Below are positions 26,238 through 34,901 of a stretch of 64,000 bases of DNA, in pieces. A program made the position numbers and the translations under genes. The DNA lies in the IMG/VR virus record IMGVR_UViG_3300014720_000001, positions 62,001 to 126,000 of that record. The stretch is one strand, 5' to 3'. The notes below the pieces were generated by a model. The model ran no database searches. It was not told where the DNA came from and saw only the letters and a list, made by a program, of their open reading frames with translations. The stretch's first letter is position 1; the number at the start of each line of letters is the position of its first letter.

Positions 26238-26731
26238 ACTTCGATGTGCTTTCCGTCACGGAGTACAAACGTGCCCAGCTTTTCTTCCAACCGATAAAAC
26301 TCAACACCAGCCTCACGAAACATCTCATCGCCCCGGTCGCAGCTTTCTTGCCACGCGCCGTGCGCCGGTGGAAACGCCAGCCCGATGACTTTAGTAATCC
26401 CGACGCAAATGATCGCCCGCGCACAATCGGCGCAGGCAAACCACGGGCAGTACAGCGTCGCGCGCTTGAGCAGTAAACCCTGCTGCGCCGCCGAATAAAT
26501 AACATTGCGCTCGGCGTGTTCGATGTAGCTGTACTTCTTGGGGCGCTCTAGCCGCTCATCGCTCAGCTGCACATAGGGTGGAAACCGGTTAGCGGCCGCG
26601 ACGATCAGGCCGTCTTCTGTGCGCAAGACAGCGCCGTTGTGCGTGCGCGTGTCATGCGAGTCAGTCTTGGCCACGTGGCAGGCCAGCCGAAGATAAAACC
26701 GCGCAGTTGAAAGTTCGTCAGCCATAGTCAT
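26234..26731 (-). CDS. dCMP deaminase-like protein
   Basis: HAERNVI and CPWFACADCARAI zinc motifs. Confidence 0.88.
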   Translation of the reverse strand: MTMADELSTARFYLRLACHVAKTDSHDTRTHNGAVLRTEDGLIVAAANRFPPYVQLSDERLERPKKYSYIEHAERNVIYSAAQQGLLLKRATLYCPWFACADCARAIICVGITKVIGLAFPPAHGAWQESCDRGDEMFREAGVEFYRLEEKLGTFVLRDGKHIEV

Positions 26732-26984
26732 AAAAACGGGTTGGATACTGGCAGCAGAACCGCTCGTGTTCCGCTTGTGCTCGTGTAACGTTGGGGCGAA
26801 GGAGGCGCTTGGAAACGTTTGAAACCCAGCAACCAGTATCCGGCACCACGGCTAACCAAGTGTGGTGCAAACACCGGGAGGACGACCGGTGTTCTGCGGC
26901 GTCACGTCCGGGCTGGCGCAGAACGGACGGGAGTGATCCGTTCGCAGCGCATTCCGGCCACCATGCCGCAACTCTCCCGCATGT

Positions 26985-27527
26985 TCAACTCCGTGGATCC
27001 ATGTTGTTTAACTTCCGCGCTTGCCGCAGATCGACGTCAGCCAGAATGCGCTGGATGTGCCGGGCGTCCTCGAAGCTGTCTTGCAGATGATCTTCGTAGA
27101 ACACTTCGAGATACGCCGCGGCGACCTTGTCATCGAGCGACTTAAGCTGTTCAAGCCGCTTGGCGTAGTTCGTGACGACTTGGCGTTCCAGCGTGTGCGC
27201 CTCGATTAAGATATCTTCAACGCGCGTGTACGTGGGGAACGGATGCCCGCCAGCGCAGGGCTGAACGAAGTCAAAACCGTACAGGCAGTCCAGAAACTGC
27301 TGCACGTGGTTTAGCTCGCTCTTCGCAGCCTCGGTCAGGAACTCTTTGTATTCCTCGGCGTGCAGGCCCGTGACCGCGCTGGCGTGATAGAGATAGAACT
27401 GCAGATGCGTCCATTCGTTCTGCAGATCTTCGTTAATTAGCGTGACAAACTCGGCCAGCGTGTATTTCCCCGGCTCGCCTTCTGGTCCGGGTTCGCCGCT
27501 GTGACTCGTTACTCCCTCGTGGGACAT
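26985..27527 (-). CDS. Ferritin/bacterioferritin-like protein
   Basis: E..H di-iron pattern (EW...Y; ELNH; LE...Y; EDARH) in a four-helix arrangement. Confidence 0.7.
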   Translation of the reverse strand: MSHEGVTSHSGEPGPEGEPGKYTLAEFVTLINEDLQNEWTHLQFYLYHASAVTGLHAEEYKEFLTEAAKSELNHVQQFLDCLYGFDFVQPCAGGHPFPTYTRVEDILIEAHTLERQVVTNYAKRLEQLKSLDDKVAAAYLEVFYEDHLQDSFEDARHIQRILADVDLRQARKLNNMDPRS

Positions 27528-27544
27528 AGCTACCGCTCCTTCAG

Positions 27545-27832
27545 TTACGGGACAAACTTAAACTGCGCCGCGCCAAACACAAGTTCAGCGCGACCAAATA
27601 GATTGTTACCGGCTGCCATTCTCGGTTCGCCGGGTTTAAACGCTTCGATGGCGACGTCCAGCGCCATTTCAATGTGCGGCGGAATGTGCACGTGTGTGGG
27701 TCCGACGCAATGGTCTTCGCCGTGTCGTAGCGGCTCTGACAAGTACCGCATGTGGGCGTAGTTGCACATCTGGTACACCGCCCAGCACGCTTCTTTGAAG
27801 TCTGTAGCCAAGACAGTTACTTCTTCGGACAC
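27545..27832 (-). CDS. Hypothetical protein
   Basis: 95-aa ORF in the operon. Confidence 0.5.
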   Translation of the reverse strand: MSEEVTVLATDFKEACWAVYQMCNYAHMRYLSEPLRHGEDHCVGPTHVHIPPHIEMALDVAIEAFKPGEPRMAAGNNLFGRAELVFGAAQFKFVP

Positions 27833-28356
27833 AGCAACTGCTCCTTCAGGTAGGCTGCAAGGCGTTGGGCCTGCGGCGTTTCTTCGCGAATGATCTGCTC
27901 GTAACAGACCGCGCCGTACTGCCGAAAGATCTGCACGTTATTGACGAACCAGCCCATATGGTAACCAGCCCGCATAAAGTTGACCAGATGATTTGTGGTT
28001 TCTTCGTCATACACATAGTTTTGGCAACCGAACTTATGCGCCCAGTATTCCTTGGGCTGGCAGTTAATGTGCCCGTGTCCGCCCTGTCCCGGAAGCGCCG
28101 CGCTAAAGATAATCGTGGGCGCTGTCTGAACTAACTTTTGCACAAACGCATCGGCCAGTTCCGGGTTAATGTGCTCGGCAACTTCGAGGCACAGGCAAAT
28201 ATCATAACCCCGGCACATGTCGAACTGCGGGTCGAACACGCTGAATTTATCGTGCGGGCATGCCGGGTCAGGGTCGATGCCGTCTACGATAAAGCCGGCG
28301 TCACGAAGGGCGTCGACGTAAATCCCGGGGCCGCAGCCGACATCTATGACACGCAT
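27817..28356 (-). CDS. Class I SAM-dependent methyltransferase
   Basis: VIDVGCGPG motif I; CLEVAEHI; FSAALPGQGGHGHINCQ. Confidence 0.85.
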   Translation of the reverse strand: MRVIDVGCGPGIYVDALRDAGFIVDGIDPDPACPHDKFSVFDPQFDMCRGYDICLCLEVAEHINPELADAFVQKLVQTAPTIIFSAALPGQGGHGHINCQPKEYWAHKFGCQNYVYDEETTNHLVNFMRAGYHMGWFVNNVQIFRQYGAVCYEQIIREETPQAQRLAAYLKEQLLCPKK

Positions 28357-28976
28357 GTTGCAGTCAGCGCCTCTCTAATTTGCTGCGCTTCTTCAAGCAA
28401 TAAATGAAAATCAGCGGCTGTTTGTGGTGGGGCAAACATACGGCCGTATTTTACGTTCCAACAATTCTCTTTGAAACAATACAAGTTGTGTGGGTTGTTT
28501 GGTTCTTCACGTTCGCCTTTGTATCCATAAAACGAAAACGCAACGAATAAATCTTTCGGCAGGGCCCCGCAAATGTACATTTTAGAAAAGTCTTCAAGCA
28601 CGCGACCGAAAAAAAACCAGTCACAGTCAGGTAATGCGCCCGATTTACGTTTGTCTGCGACAGAACCTAAAAAATTCAATTTTGGTTGTGACGTACACGT
28701 TTTTGCTTTGAATTCTGTGCGTCGCGTAAGTGGATGCACGCGATCACAGTCGTATATCTCGCGGCCAGTGCTTAGTCGCCAAATTTCGCGGCCGTAATAC
28801 TCGTCCATACCTACCTCAAAAAGCATTCCGTGCGGCGTGCTTTTACCGAGGGTAAATGAGTTGGGCAAATACGGTTCCCCGTGTATATCCTGACCTTTGG
28901 CTGCCAACTCTGCCGCCAGTTGTTTGGCGCGATTTTGAGCGGTTTGCGATGGAGTGACTTCGATAATCCGCGACAT
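28344..28976 (-). CDS. Hypothetical protein, possibly restriction-endonuclease-like fold
   Basis: EFKAKT...DCDWFFFGRV pattern; the region is visibly AT-richer than its flanks. Confidence 0.4.
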   Translation of the reverse strand: MSRIIEVTPSQTAQNRAKQLAAELAAKGQDIHGEPYLPNSFTLGKSTPHGMLFEVGMDEYYGREIWRLSTGREIYDCDRVHPLTRRTEFKAKTCTSQPKLNFLGSVADKRKSGALPDCDWFFFGRVLEDFSKMYICGALPKDLFVAFSFYGYKGEREEPNNPHNLYCFKENCWNVKYGRMFAPPQTAADFHLLLEEAQQIREALTATCVS

Positions 28977-29044
28977 GAATACGCGTCCTTTCACTTCGAG
29001 ATGGGCGAAGTGTAGCTCGTATATTCGCTGCGCGCAATCTGTCG

Positions 29045-29752
29045 TTACAGCTTTTTGAGCATGGCAGCGACGAGCGGATGGCGCACAACGTCACTGTGGG
29101 CAAACTGCACAACATCAATGCCCGAGATGCCCTTGAGTTTCGTCACCACTTCATTCATGGGTGGCGGCGAAATTGGCAAGTCCGTCTGCTGCGGATCACC
29201 CGTGACGATGATCTTTGCGTTCTGTCCTAAACGAGAGAGAAACAGCTTGAACTGCGTATACGTGGCGTTCTGGGCTTCGTCAAACACGCACACTGAATCA
29301 TTGAACGTCCGGCCGCGTAGATAACATAACGGCGCCAGCACCACGGCCCGATTCACAAACTCACGCTTGGGGCCGAACTTTCCCAAGAGCGTGTCCATAG
29401 CGTCGTACAGCGGCTGCATGTACGGATTGACCTTCTCGCCAAACGAGCCCGGGAGATAGCCAAGCTTTTCACCGGCATCGACAATGGGCCGGGTGAGCAC
29501 GATCGAGGTGGCGCGCTTAGCCAACACCTCATTGATAGCAAAAGCCATCGCCAGAAACGTCTTGCCCGAACCGGCCGAGCCGAGCAGGAACGTGATGTCG
29601 TTATCGTTTAATGTCTTCCACGCGCGGCGCTGAGTTTCCGTGCGCCATTCAATATCGCACGGCGTTAGCGGGGCTTTTGCTTTTTCCTGTTGTTCCTGTC
29701 GTTTTTTCGATTTCTTTTCGGCTCTCCGCACATTCCGTTGCTTGGGGGCCAT
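29045..29752 (-). CDS. phoH: PhoH family protein
   Basis: GSAGSGKTFLA, LTRPIV, LGYLPG, RGRTF, DEAQN, GDPQQTD, DVVRHPLV. Confidence 0.93.
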   Translation of the reverse strand: MAPKQRNVRRAEKKSKKRQEQQEKAKAPLTPCDIEWRTETQRRAWKTLNDNDITFLLGSAGSGKTFLAMAFAINEVLAKRATSIVLTRPIVDAGEKLGYLPGSFGEKVNPYMQPLYDAMDTLLGKFGPKREFVNRAVVLAPLCYLRGRTFNDSVCVFDEAQNATYTQFKLFLSRLGQNAKIIVTGDPQQTDLPISPPPMNEVVTKLKGISGIDVVQFAHSDVVRHPLVAAMLKKL

Positions 29753-29802
29753 AAAGTGTAGCCTTCCTTGAAGTAATGCGATCTCCGGGTTGTCTATTCA
29801 GC

Positions 29803-31632
29803 TCAGCGCGGCGCAATTGGCGAGCGGAACTGCACCGGTGATTGAAACTGCGGTTGGCCTGCGCCGTAGTACGCCGCCGCGCCAGCTACCGGAATAGCCG
29901 TAGCAGCGTGTTGCCCGGCGGCTTGCAGACCTTTACCGGCTAACTGCCCGACGCGCCCGGCACCACCAGCGGCGGCGCCAGCAAGCGTCCCGGTCGCACC
30001 AACAATATCTTTTGCGATCGATTTACCCGGCGCGTTAAGCATGTTTGCGCTGCCCCGCATAACCGCATCGCCACCGCGAGCCAGCGCGCCGCTCGCAGCG
30101 CCTAGTCCTTTACCGGCCGCAGTCACCGCGCCACGCGCTCCCGCAGCCAGCCCCCGCCCAACCATACCGCCAAACGCAGCTAAGTTAGGCGCGGATGTCT
30201 TCTCGTTCACACCGTAGTCTTGTTGAACGTTGCCCGCGCCAGTCGGCACCGGGCTATTAGCCTCGCGCTGCTTGTCGTCGATCGGCTTGCTGCTGCCGCG
30301 AGAGCTAGGCGTGCAGCTCATTTCCGTCTTGCCGCGGGGCGCACTGGAGACAGCTTTCTTTTCTTTCTTGGTTTTCTTCTTGCTGCCAACCGGTCGGCAC
30401 GAATCGTTGCTGTACGGCTTCTTGCCCGGCACGGCTTCGTAGCCTTCCCAACAGCGGGCGACCTTCATGCCGAACTCAAGCGCCGAGCCCTGTTTGACGC
30501 CAGTCACGCTAGCGTTCTGCAGCTGCGGCATGAGCTGTTCAATGATATTTTTGTTGTGGGTCAGAAAGTCGTACATTTGTCGCCCCTGTTCGCTGTTCAT
30601 GTTGGGATCACGGCCCATCAGCATCGTGGTACCAAACTCCGGGCTTAACTTACTGAGCGCGTTAATCTGGTCCATGGGGTTGCCGCCCTGTCCGCCGCCG
30701 ACCATGTTGTAAAGCGCATTGGCGCCTTGGCCAACCATGCGCCGCGGGCCGTCGCCAAACATGCCCGCCCCGGCCGCGCCCAGACCAGCAGCACCGAGAC
30801 CCAGCGCGCCCATCGCGCCGCCCAGACCGTAGTTGCCGCGGCCGCCCATGAACGCGCCGGCCAACGCCAGCGGAACACCAGCACCGATGGCGTAGCGCGC
30901 CTCCGTCGGCAGGCTGTTCCACATGCCCATCAAGCCGCCGTTGGCACCCGCAGCGTTGGGATTCGCCTCGCCGTGCTGCTGCGCCATCGCCTGCGTTGAC
31001 GCCTGCTGATTTTCAATCGCCTGCGCGGTGGGTTCAGCCGCACCGCCGCCCACAAGACCAGTGGCGCGACCAGCGCCATACATCGCGCCGGCACCAGTGG
31101 CCACGTTCAACGGATTGAGCTTGTCGCCAACCGGGCTCGTGCCAAACATGCGGCCAGCTTCCGTCTGCACGGGACGCACAACGCGGTCGCCGAGTTTGCC
31201 GCCGGTAGCCGCAGCACGACCGGGGCCGTTCATGGCATACCGTGCAGCGTCATCAGCGTAATTCAGACCGTGGCGCACAGCGTCTTGCGAAACTTGGCCG
31301 ACGCTCCCAACAAACTTCGCGCCCTGTACCGCCTTGTTTGCGACTGCTTGCCCGGCACCGCTGATGCGATTTCCTACCGCGTCGTCAACTTTGTTAAAGC
31401 CTTTTGCGACCGCAGCGCCGACGGGTTTGGCGCGGTCTGCCACGGCGGTAACAACCGGCTTGGCGCGTTCAACACCCTTGGACACGAGGCTTTTTGCAGC
31501 CGGCAGCGCGCGATTCGCGGCGTAGCGGGCAACATTACCAACCATGTTTTTTACGCCGTCTGCTACGCCGGCGTCTTTTTCCATGTCAGCGTTAGCAGCG
31601 AGAAACGCGCCAAAACGTTGTGCGTCATTCAT
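29803..31632 (-). CDS. Gly/Ala-rich multi-module probable virion protein
   Basis: 609 aa; N-terminal RFGAF...MEKDA; glycine zipper; internal ALEFGMKVA followed by a CWEGY...SCRP mini-module. Confidence 0.75.
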   Translation of the reverse strand: MNDAQRFGAFLAANADMEKDAGVADGVKNMVGNVARYAANRALPAAKSLVSKGVERAKPVVTAVADRAKPVGAAVAKGFNKVDDAVGNRISGAGQAVANKAVQGAKFVGSVGQVSQDAVRHGLNYADDAARYAMNGPGRAAATGGKLGDRVVRPVQTEAGRMFGTSPVGDKLNPLNVATGAGAMYGAGRATGLVGGGAAEPTAQAIENQQASTQAMAQQHGEANPNAAGANGGLMGMWNSLPTEARYAIGAGVPLALAGAFMGGRGNYGLGGAMGALGLGAAGLGAAGAGMFGDGPRRMVGQGANALYNMVGGGQGGNPMDQINALSKLSPEFGTTMLMGRDPNMNSEQGRQMYDFLTHNKNIIEQLMPQLQNASVTGVKQGSALEFGMKVARCWEGYEAVPGKKPYSNDSCRPVGSKKKTKKEKKAVSSAPRGKTEMSCTPSSRGSSKPIDDKQREANSPVPTGAGNVQQDYGVNEKTSAPNLAAFGGMVGRGLAAGARGAVTAAGKGLGAASGALARGGDAVMRGSANMLNAPGKSIAKDIVGATGTLAGAAAGGAGRVGQLAGKGLQAAGQHAATAIPVAGAAAYYGAGQPQFQSPVQFRSPIAPR

Positions 31633-31782
31633 GATCGTTGGTTCCTACTGAAGATTGTTCAGATTGTTCTTGCGGATATTCACACCTGCCGCCTTCGCAA
31701 CAGGTTTCTAGAATGATGCGGCAAAACGGACAGACCAGTTTGCCGCGGATCTCAACTGGCGGACTTTCGCACAGCGGACAGA

Positions 31783-32364
31783 TCACCACTCAAACTCCAC
31801 TGGATTGCGTGTCTGATAGTCGAAGTTAAAATCGACGGGCGAGCGAAACTTTACACCGGGCAGCGGCAGCTTCGGCGCCACTGTAGCCGTGCCGCCGAGC
31901 AGCCCGGCTGCCGCAAGCGTCGGTACGCCGTACGGTGTATCGGCCAGCCGCGACAGCCCGCGACCGCCAGCTTGCAACGCCCGGCCGGCATAATCTGTTA
32001 CGTGACCAGCGCCTCGCGCGGCGCGACCAGCAGCCCGGCCGCCATACCCGAGCGCCGACATCAGGTCGCCATAAAAGCCTGTGCTCTTGGCGCCGTGGTC
32101 GATCACGTTCTTGCCGCCCTTCATTGCTTCGCGGCCCAACCCCTTGGCGAGCCCGGCAGCACCACTGGTAGCTTGCCCCACACCTTCCGCTGCGCCGCCA
32201 AAGCCGCGCACAATGTGTTTCGCGCCCTGATTAATCGTCTTGGCGCCGCTGGCAATTCCGCGGCCCGCAGCACCGAGCCGCGCGAAGATAGAACCGAGGT
32301 TAATACTGGGCGCGGCAGATTTTTCTAGCTGCCCGACGGTATATCCAAACTCAAACGGCGTCAT
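31783..32364 (-). CDS. Gly/Ala-rich protein with an N-terminal FEFG...EKSA leader
   Basis: MTPFEFGYTVGQLEKSAA; GGAG SD. Confidence 0.75.
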   Translation of the reverse strand: MTPFEFGYTVGQLEKSAAPSINLGSIFARLGAAGRGIASGAKTINQGAKHIVRGFGGAAEGVGQATSGAAGLAKGLGREAMKGGKNVIDHGAKSTGFYGDLMSALGYGGRAAGRAARGAGHVTDYAGRALQAGGRGLSRLADTPYGVPTLAAAGLLGGTATVAPKLPLPGVKFRSPVDFNFDYQTRNPVEFEW

Positions 32365-32386
32365 TGGTAGCTCCTTTTGTTATGAA

Positions 32387-33043
32387 TTAAGGTGTGAACT
32401 GCTGCGATGCGATCTGCGCTGCGGTGTTTTGCGGCGGCGCAGAACTGGTGGTCATCGCCACGGTGTTAATCGGATTGCGAATCATGGCGTTCCCCAACGA
32501 CTTCAGCGGTGTCATCGGAATCGACAGGCCGCCCTCGCCAAGACCGGCGCGAAGTCCCGGAATCGGAACTTGTTTCCAGCTGGTTTGCATCAGCGGAATG
32601 TGTTTCTGAATCCCCTGCGACATGGCGGTGTTCAGCTGGGTCGCGCCGCGGTTTGCGGCAAGCATGCCGCGCGCGGCTTGTGTACCCGCGGCGCCTGTTG
32701 CCTGCAGACCTTTACCAACAGCCTGCGCCACGCGGCCGCCGCCCATGAGCGCTTTGCCGCCCCGCATCAGACCTTTCGCTGCGCCGCCGAGCAAACCCGC
32801 GCCCGGAATCAAACCCAGCGCCATCATGCCGGCCGAACCCAGCGAGCCGAGCACGTTACCTTGGCTCACATTGTGCATTAAGTCTTGCCCGGCCTGTACC
32901 GAGCTGAGCCCGGGAACAAAGTAACCGACGGTGCGGGCGAGCTGATTGTCTTGGTTCAGCGGGTTAAAACCACCCAAACTCGGCCCGAGCGCGCGTTTCT
33001 CAGTGGCTGCTCCAACACAATAACCAAACTCGTACGGCTGCAT
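32387..33043 (-). CDS. Gly/Ala-rich protein with an N-terminal YEFG...EKRA leader
   Basis: MQPYEFGYCVGAATEKRAL; GGAG SD. Confidence 0.75.
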   Translation of the reverse strand: MQPYEFGYCVGAATEKRALGPSLGGFNPLNQDNQLARTVGYFVPGLSSVQAGQDLMHNVSQGNVLGSLGSAGMMALGLIPGAGLLGGAAKGLMRGGKALMGGGRVAQAVGKGLQATGAAGTQAARGMLAANRGATQLNTAMSQGIQKHIPLMQTSWKQVPIPGLRAGLGEGGLSIPMTPLKSLGNAMIRNPINTVAMTTSSAPPQNTAAQIASQQFTP

Positions 33044-33060
33044 GATCCACTCCTACAATG

Positions 33061-33426
33061 TTATTTAAACTGAGTGCACCGGCGACGCGACATTTGGGCC
33101 CGAAACCGGCGAGCCATTTGGCGCACGTCTTTGTTGTAACAATGATAACTGAAAAAGTGCCCAAACATGAAGTGGCACGGGGTTGCGCATAACGTAATGA
33201 GGTTATTTTCCGTCAATTCCAGTTCCGGCGCAATGCTAACCGGAAAAATATGATGCACCTCAAGATTGGTCTTTCGGCCACAGACTTCACACGCCGGATG
33301 TTTCGCTAAATGTTCTGCCCGGACTCGCCGCCATTCTTTAGATCGCTGCCGCTGCTCAAAGATGTATCTGGGGCGCAACCAGCGCGGGAGGTACTGGGTG
33401 AGGACGGCAAGAAGTGTCGAAAACAT
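33061..33426 (-). CDS. HNH endonuclease
   Basis: CEVCG...LEVHHI...NLITLC...CH...GH. Confidence 0.85.
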   Translation of the reverse strand: MFSTLLAVLTQYLPRWLRPRYIFEQRQRSKEWRRVRAEHLAKHPACEVCGRKTNLEVHHIFPVSIAPELELTENNLITLCATPCHFMFGHFFSYHCYNKDVRQMARRFRAQMSRRRCTQFK

Positions 33427-33541
33427 GACCGCACCCCGCGACTTCCGCACACATGTTTTGGTTCATACGGGCAGTTTTGACAGCGGCGACCACAACACAT
33501 TTCTTGCTGCAATAAAAATTGCCACGACAACGGCGCCGGAC

Positions 33542-33895
33542 TCATAGCACCGTGGTAGCGTGGGTAAACTTCTTCTCGTAGTGCGAATAGATTTCCGCAA
33601 ACGCCACACCCCACGCAGCGTCATGCGCTAACTTGTTAAACGCCTCGTCTGTCTCGGCGTTGTCTAGCCTGTGGTTCCACGCACGCGCATGCGCCCACTC
33701 ATGGAGCAAGACGTCCATAGAGCGGGATTCATCCAGACTCTTGTCGATCTGGATGTGAAACTTCTTGCCCTGCTTCCAACAGCGGCCCTCTAGTTTAGAT
33801 AGCTTGACCCGGCGCACGCTCACGGGAAAAGCCGCGGGACACTCGTCTTTGAGCATCCGCAGGAGGGCGTGGTAATACTTAAAACGAGCCGCCAT
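33542..33895 (-). CDS. Zincin-like (HExxH) metalloprotein
   Basis: VLLHEWAHA plus a later H (AHDAAW), SprT-like spacing. Confidence 0.6.
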   Translation of the reverse strand: MAARFKYYHALLRMLKDECPAAFPVSVRRVKLSKLEGRCWKQGKKFHIQIDKSLDESRSMDVLLHEWAHARAWNHRLDNAETDEAFNKLAHDAAWGVAFAEIYSHYEKKFTHATTVL

Positions 33896-33970
33896 GCTCC
33901 GTCCTCCTGTAGGGCGTCCTTGCCACAACGGAGTGATTATACTGGAGCCGGCGAGCTTTGGCGGCAGTGA

Positions 33971-34798
33971 TTATTTTGCGTTCTTTTGCAGCTGCGCTAA
34001 CACCCGGGCAGCGCTTTCTTTAACTTCCTCGTCGCCCGCGTCTTCCGCCTTTTCTTCGGACTTTTCTTCCTTTTCGTCGCTCTCGGGTTTTTCTTTCTTT
34101 TTGCTAAAGCTCCGGCCGATGTCGGCGCCGATGTTGCCGCCCATGTGAGCGCCGGCACCCAGTCCAGCCGCCCCACCAGCGAGGAGGCCCATTCCCGCGC
34201 CCGGTGCGCCGCCCAATGCACCGCCGCCCAACGCGCCAAGAATACCGCCGCCTGCGCCGCCAGCTAAACCACCCAGACCACCGCCAGCGAGACCGCCGAG
34301 CACGGAGAGCACAGAAGCCTCTTTCTTTTCCCACGACGGCTTGCCCAGCGCGCTACCCGCGGCTGCATAGCCTAGACCACCGCCGCCAACTGCCCCGCCG
34401 ACACCGCCGGCTGCAAGCGTATTAAGTAGCTGCAGTTGCTGCTCAGGTCGAATGTGGCCGGGGCGCATCGCTTTTACAAACTTGCCGGAGCGCGCTAACT
34501 GCCGCACATAGTTCGCCAATTGTGTGCTCGACGGACCGAACACGGCCTTACCAACACGCGGATTCATGAGCGCAAGCGCGAGTGTGCCCACAGCGCCAAC
34601 TGGAGCGCCAATCGTCGCGCCAAGCCCGACGCCTGTGCCTTTTGCGGCGCCGCGGCCAGCGCCTTCCGCCCGATGACCAGACGGCGACGTGAGCGCGCCC
34701 AGACCCGCGCCGACACCGGCAGTTGCAGGAATCGTCACAAACGATTTCTTGATCTGCTGGCCCATCTGCATGCCGAATTGCTGCGGCGTAACACTCAT
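33971..34798 (-). CDS. Glycine-zipper membrane protein with a QFG...KKS leader
   Basis: Start reassigned to MSVTPQQFG; long GxxxG tracts; KEAS and KESA motifs. Confidence 0.75.
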   Translation of the reverse strand: MSVTPQQFGMQMGQQIKKSFVTIPATAGVGAGLGALTSPSGHRAEGAGRGAAKGTGVGLGATIGAPVGAVGTLALALMNPRVGKAVFGPSSTQLANYVRQLARSGKFVKAMRPGHIRPEQQLQLLNTLAAGGVGGAVGGGGLGYAAAGSALGKPSWEKKEASVLSVLGGLAGGGLGGLAGGAGGGILGALGGGALGGAPGAGMGLLAGGAAGLGAGAHMGGNIGADIGRSFSKKKEKPESDEKEEKSEEKAEDAGDEEVKESAARVLAQLQKNAK

Positions 34799-34901
34799 GC
34801 GATCACCCGTGGCTTGAATAGAGTTTTGAATCTTGCGTGTGGCGACGTGTTGCACGATTTTCTCGAACAGCTTGCGCCGAGATAACGCCAACGCCATCAG
34901 T

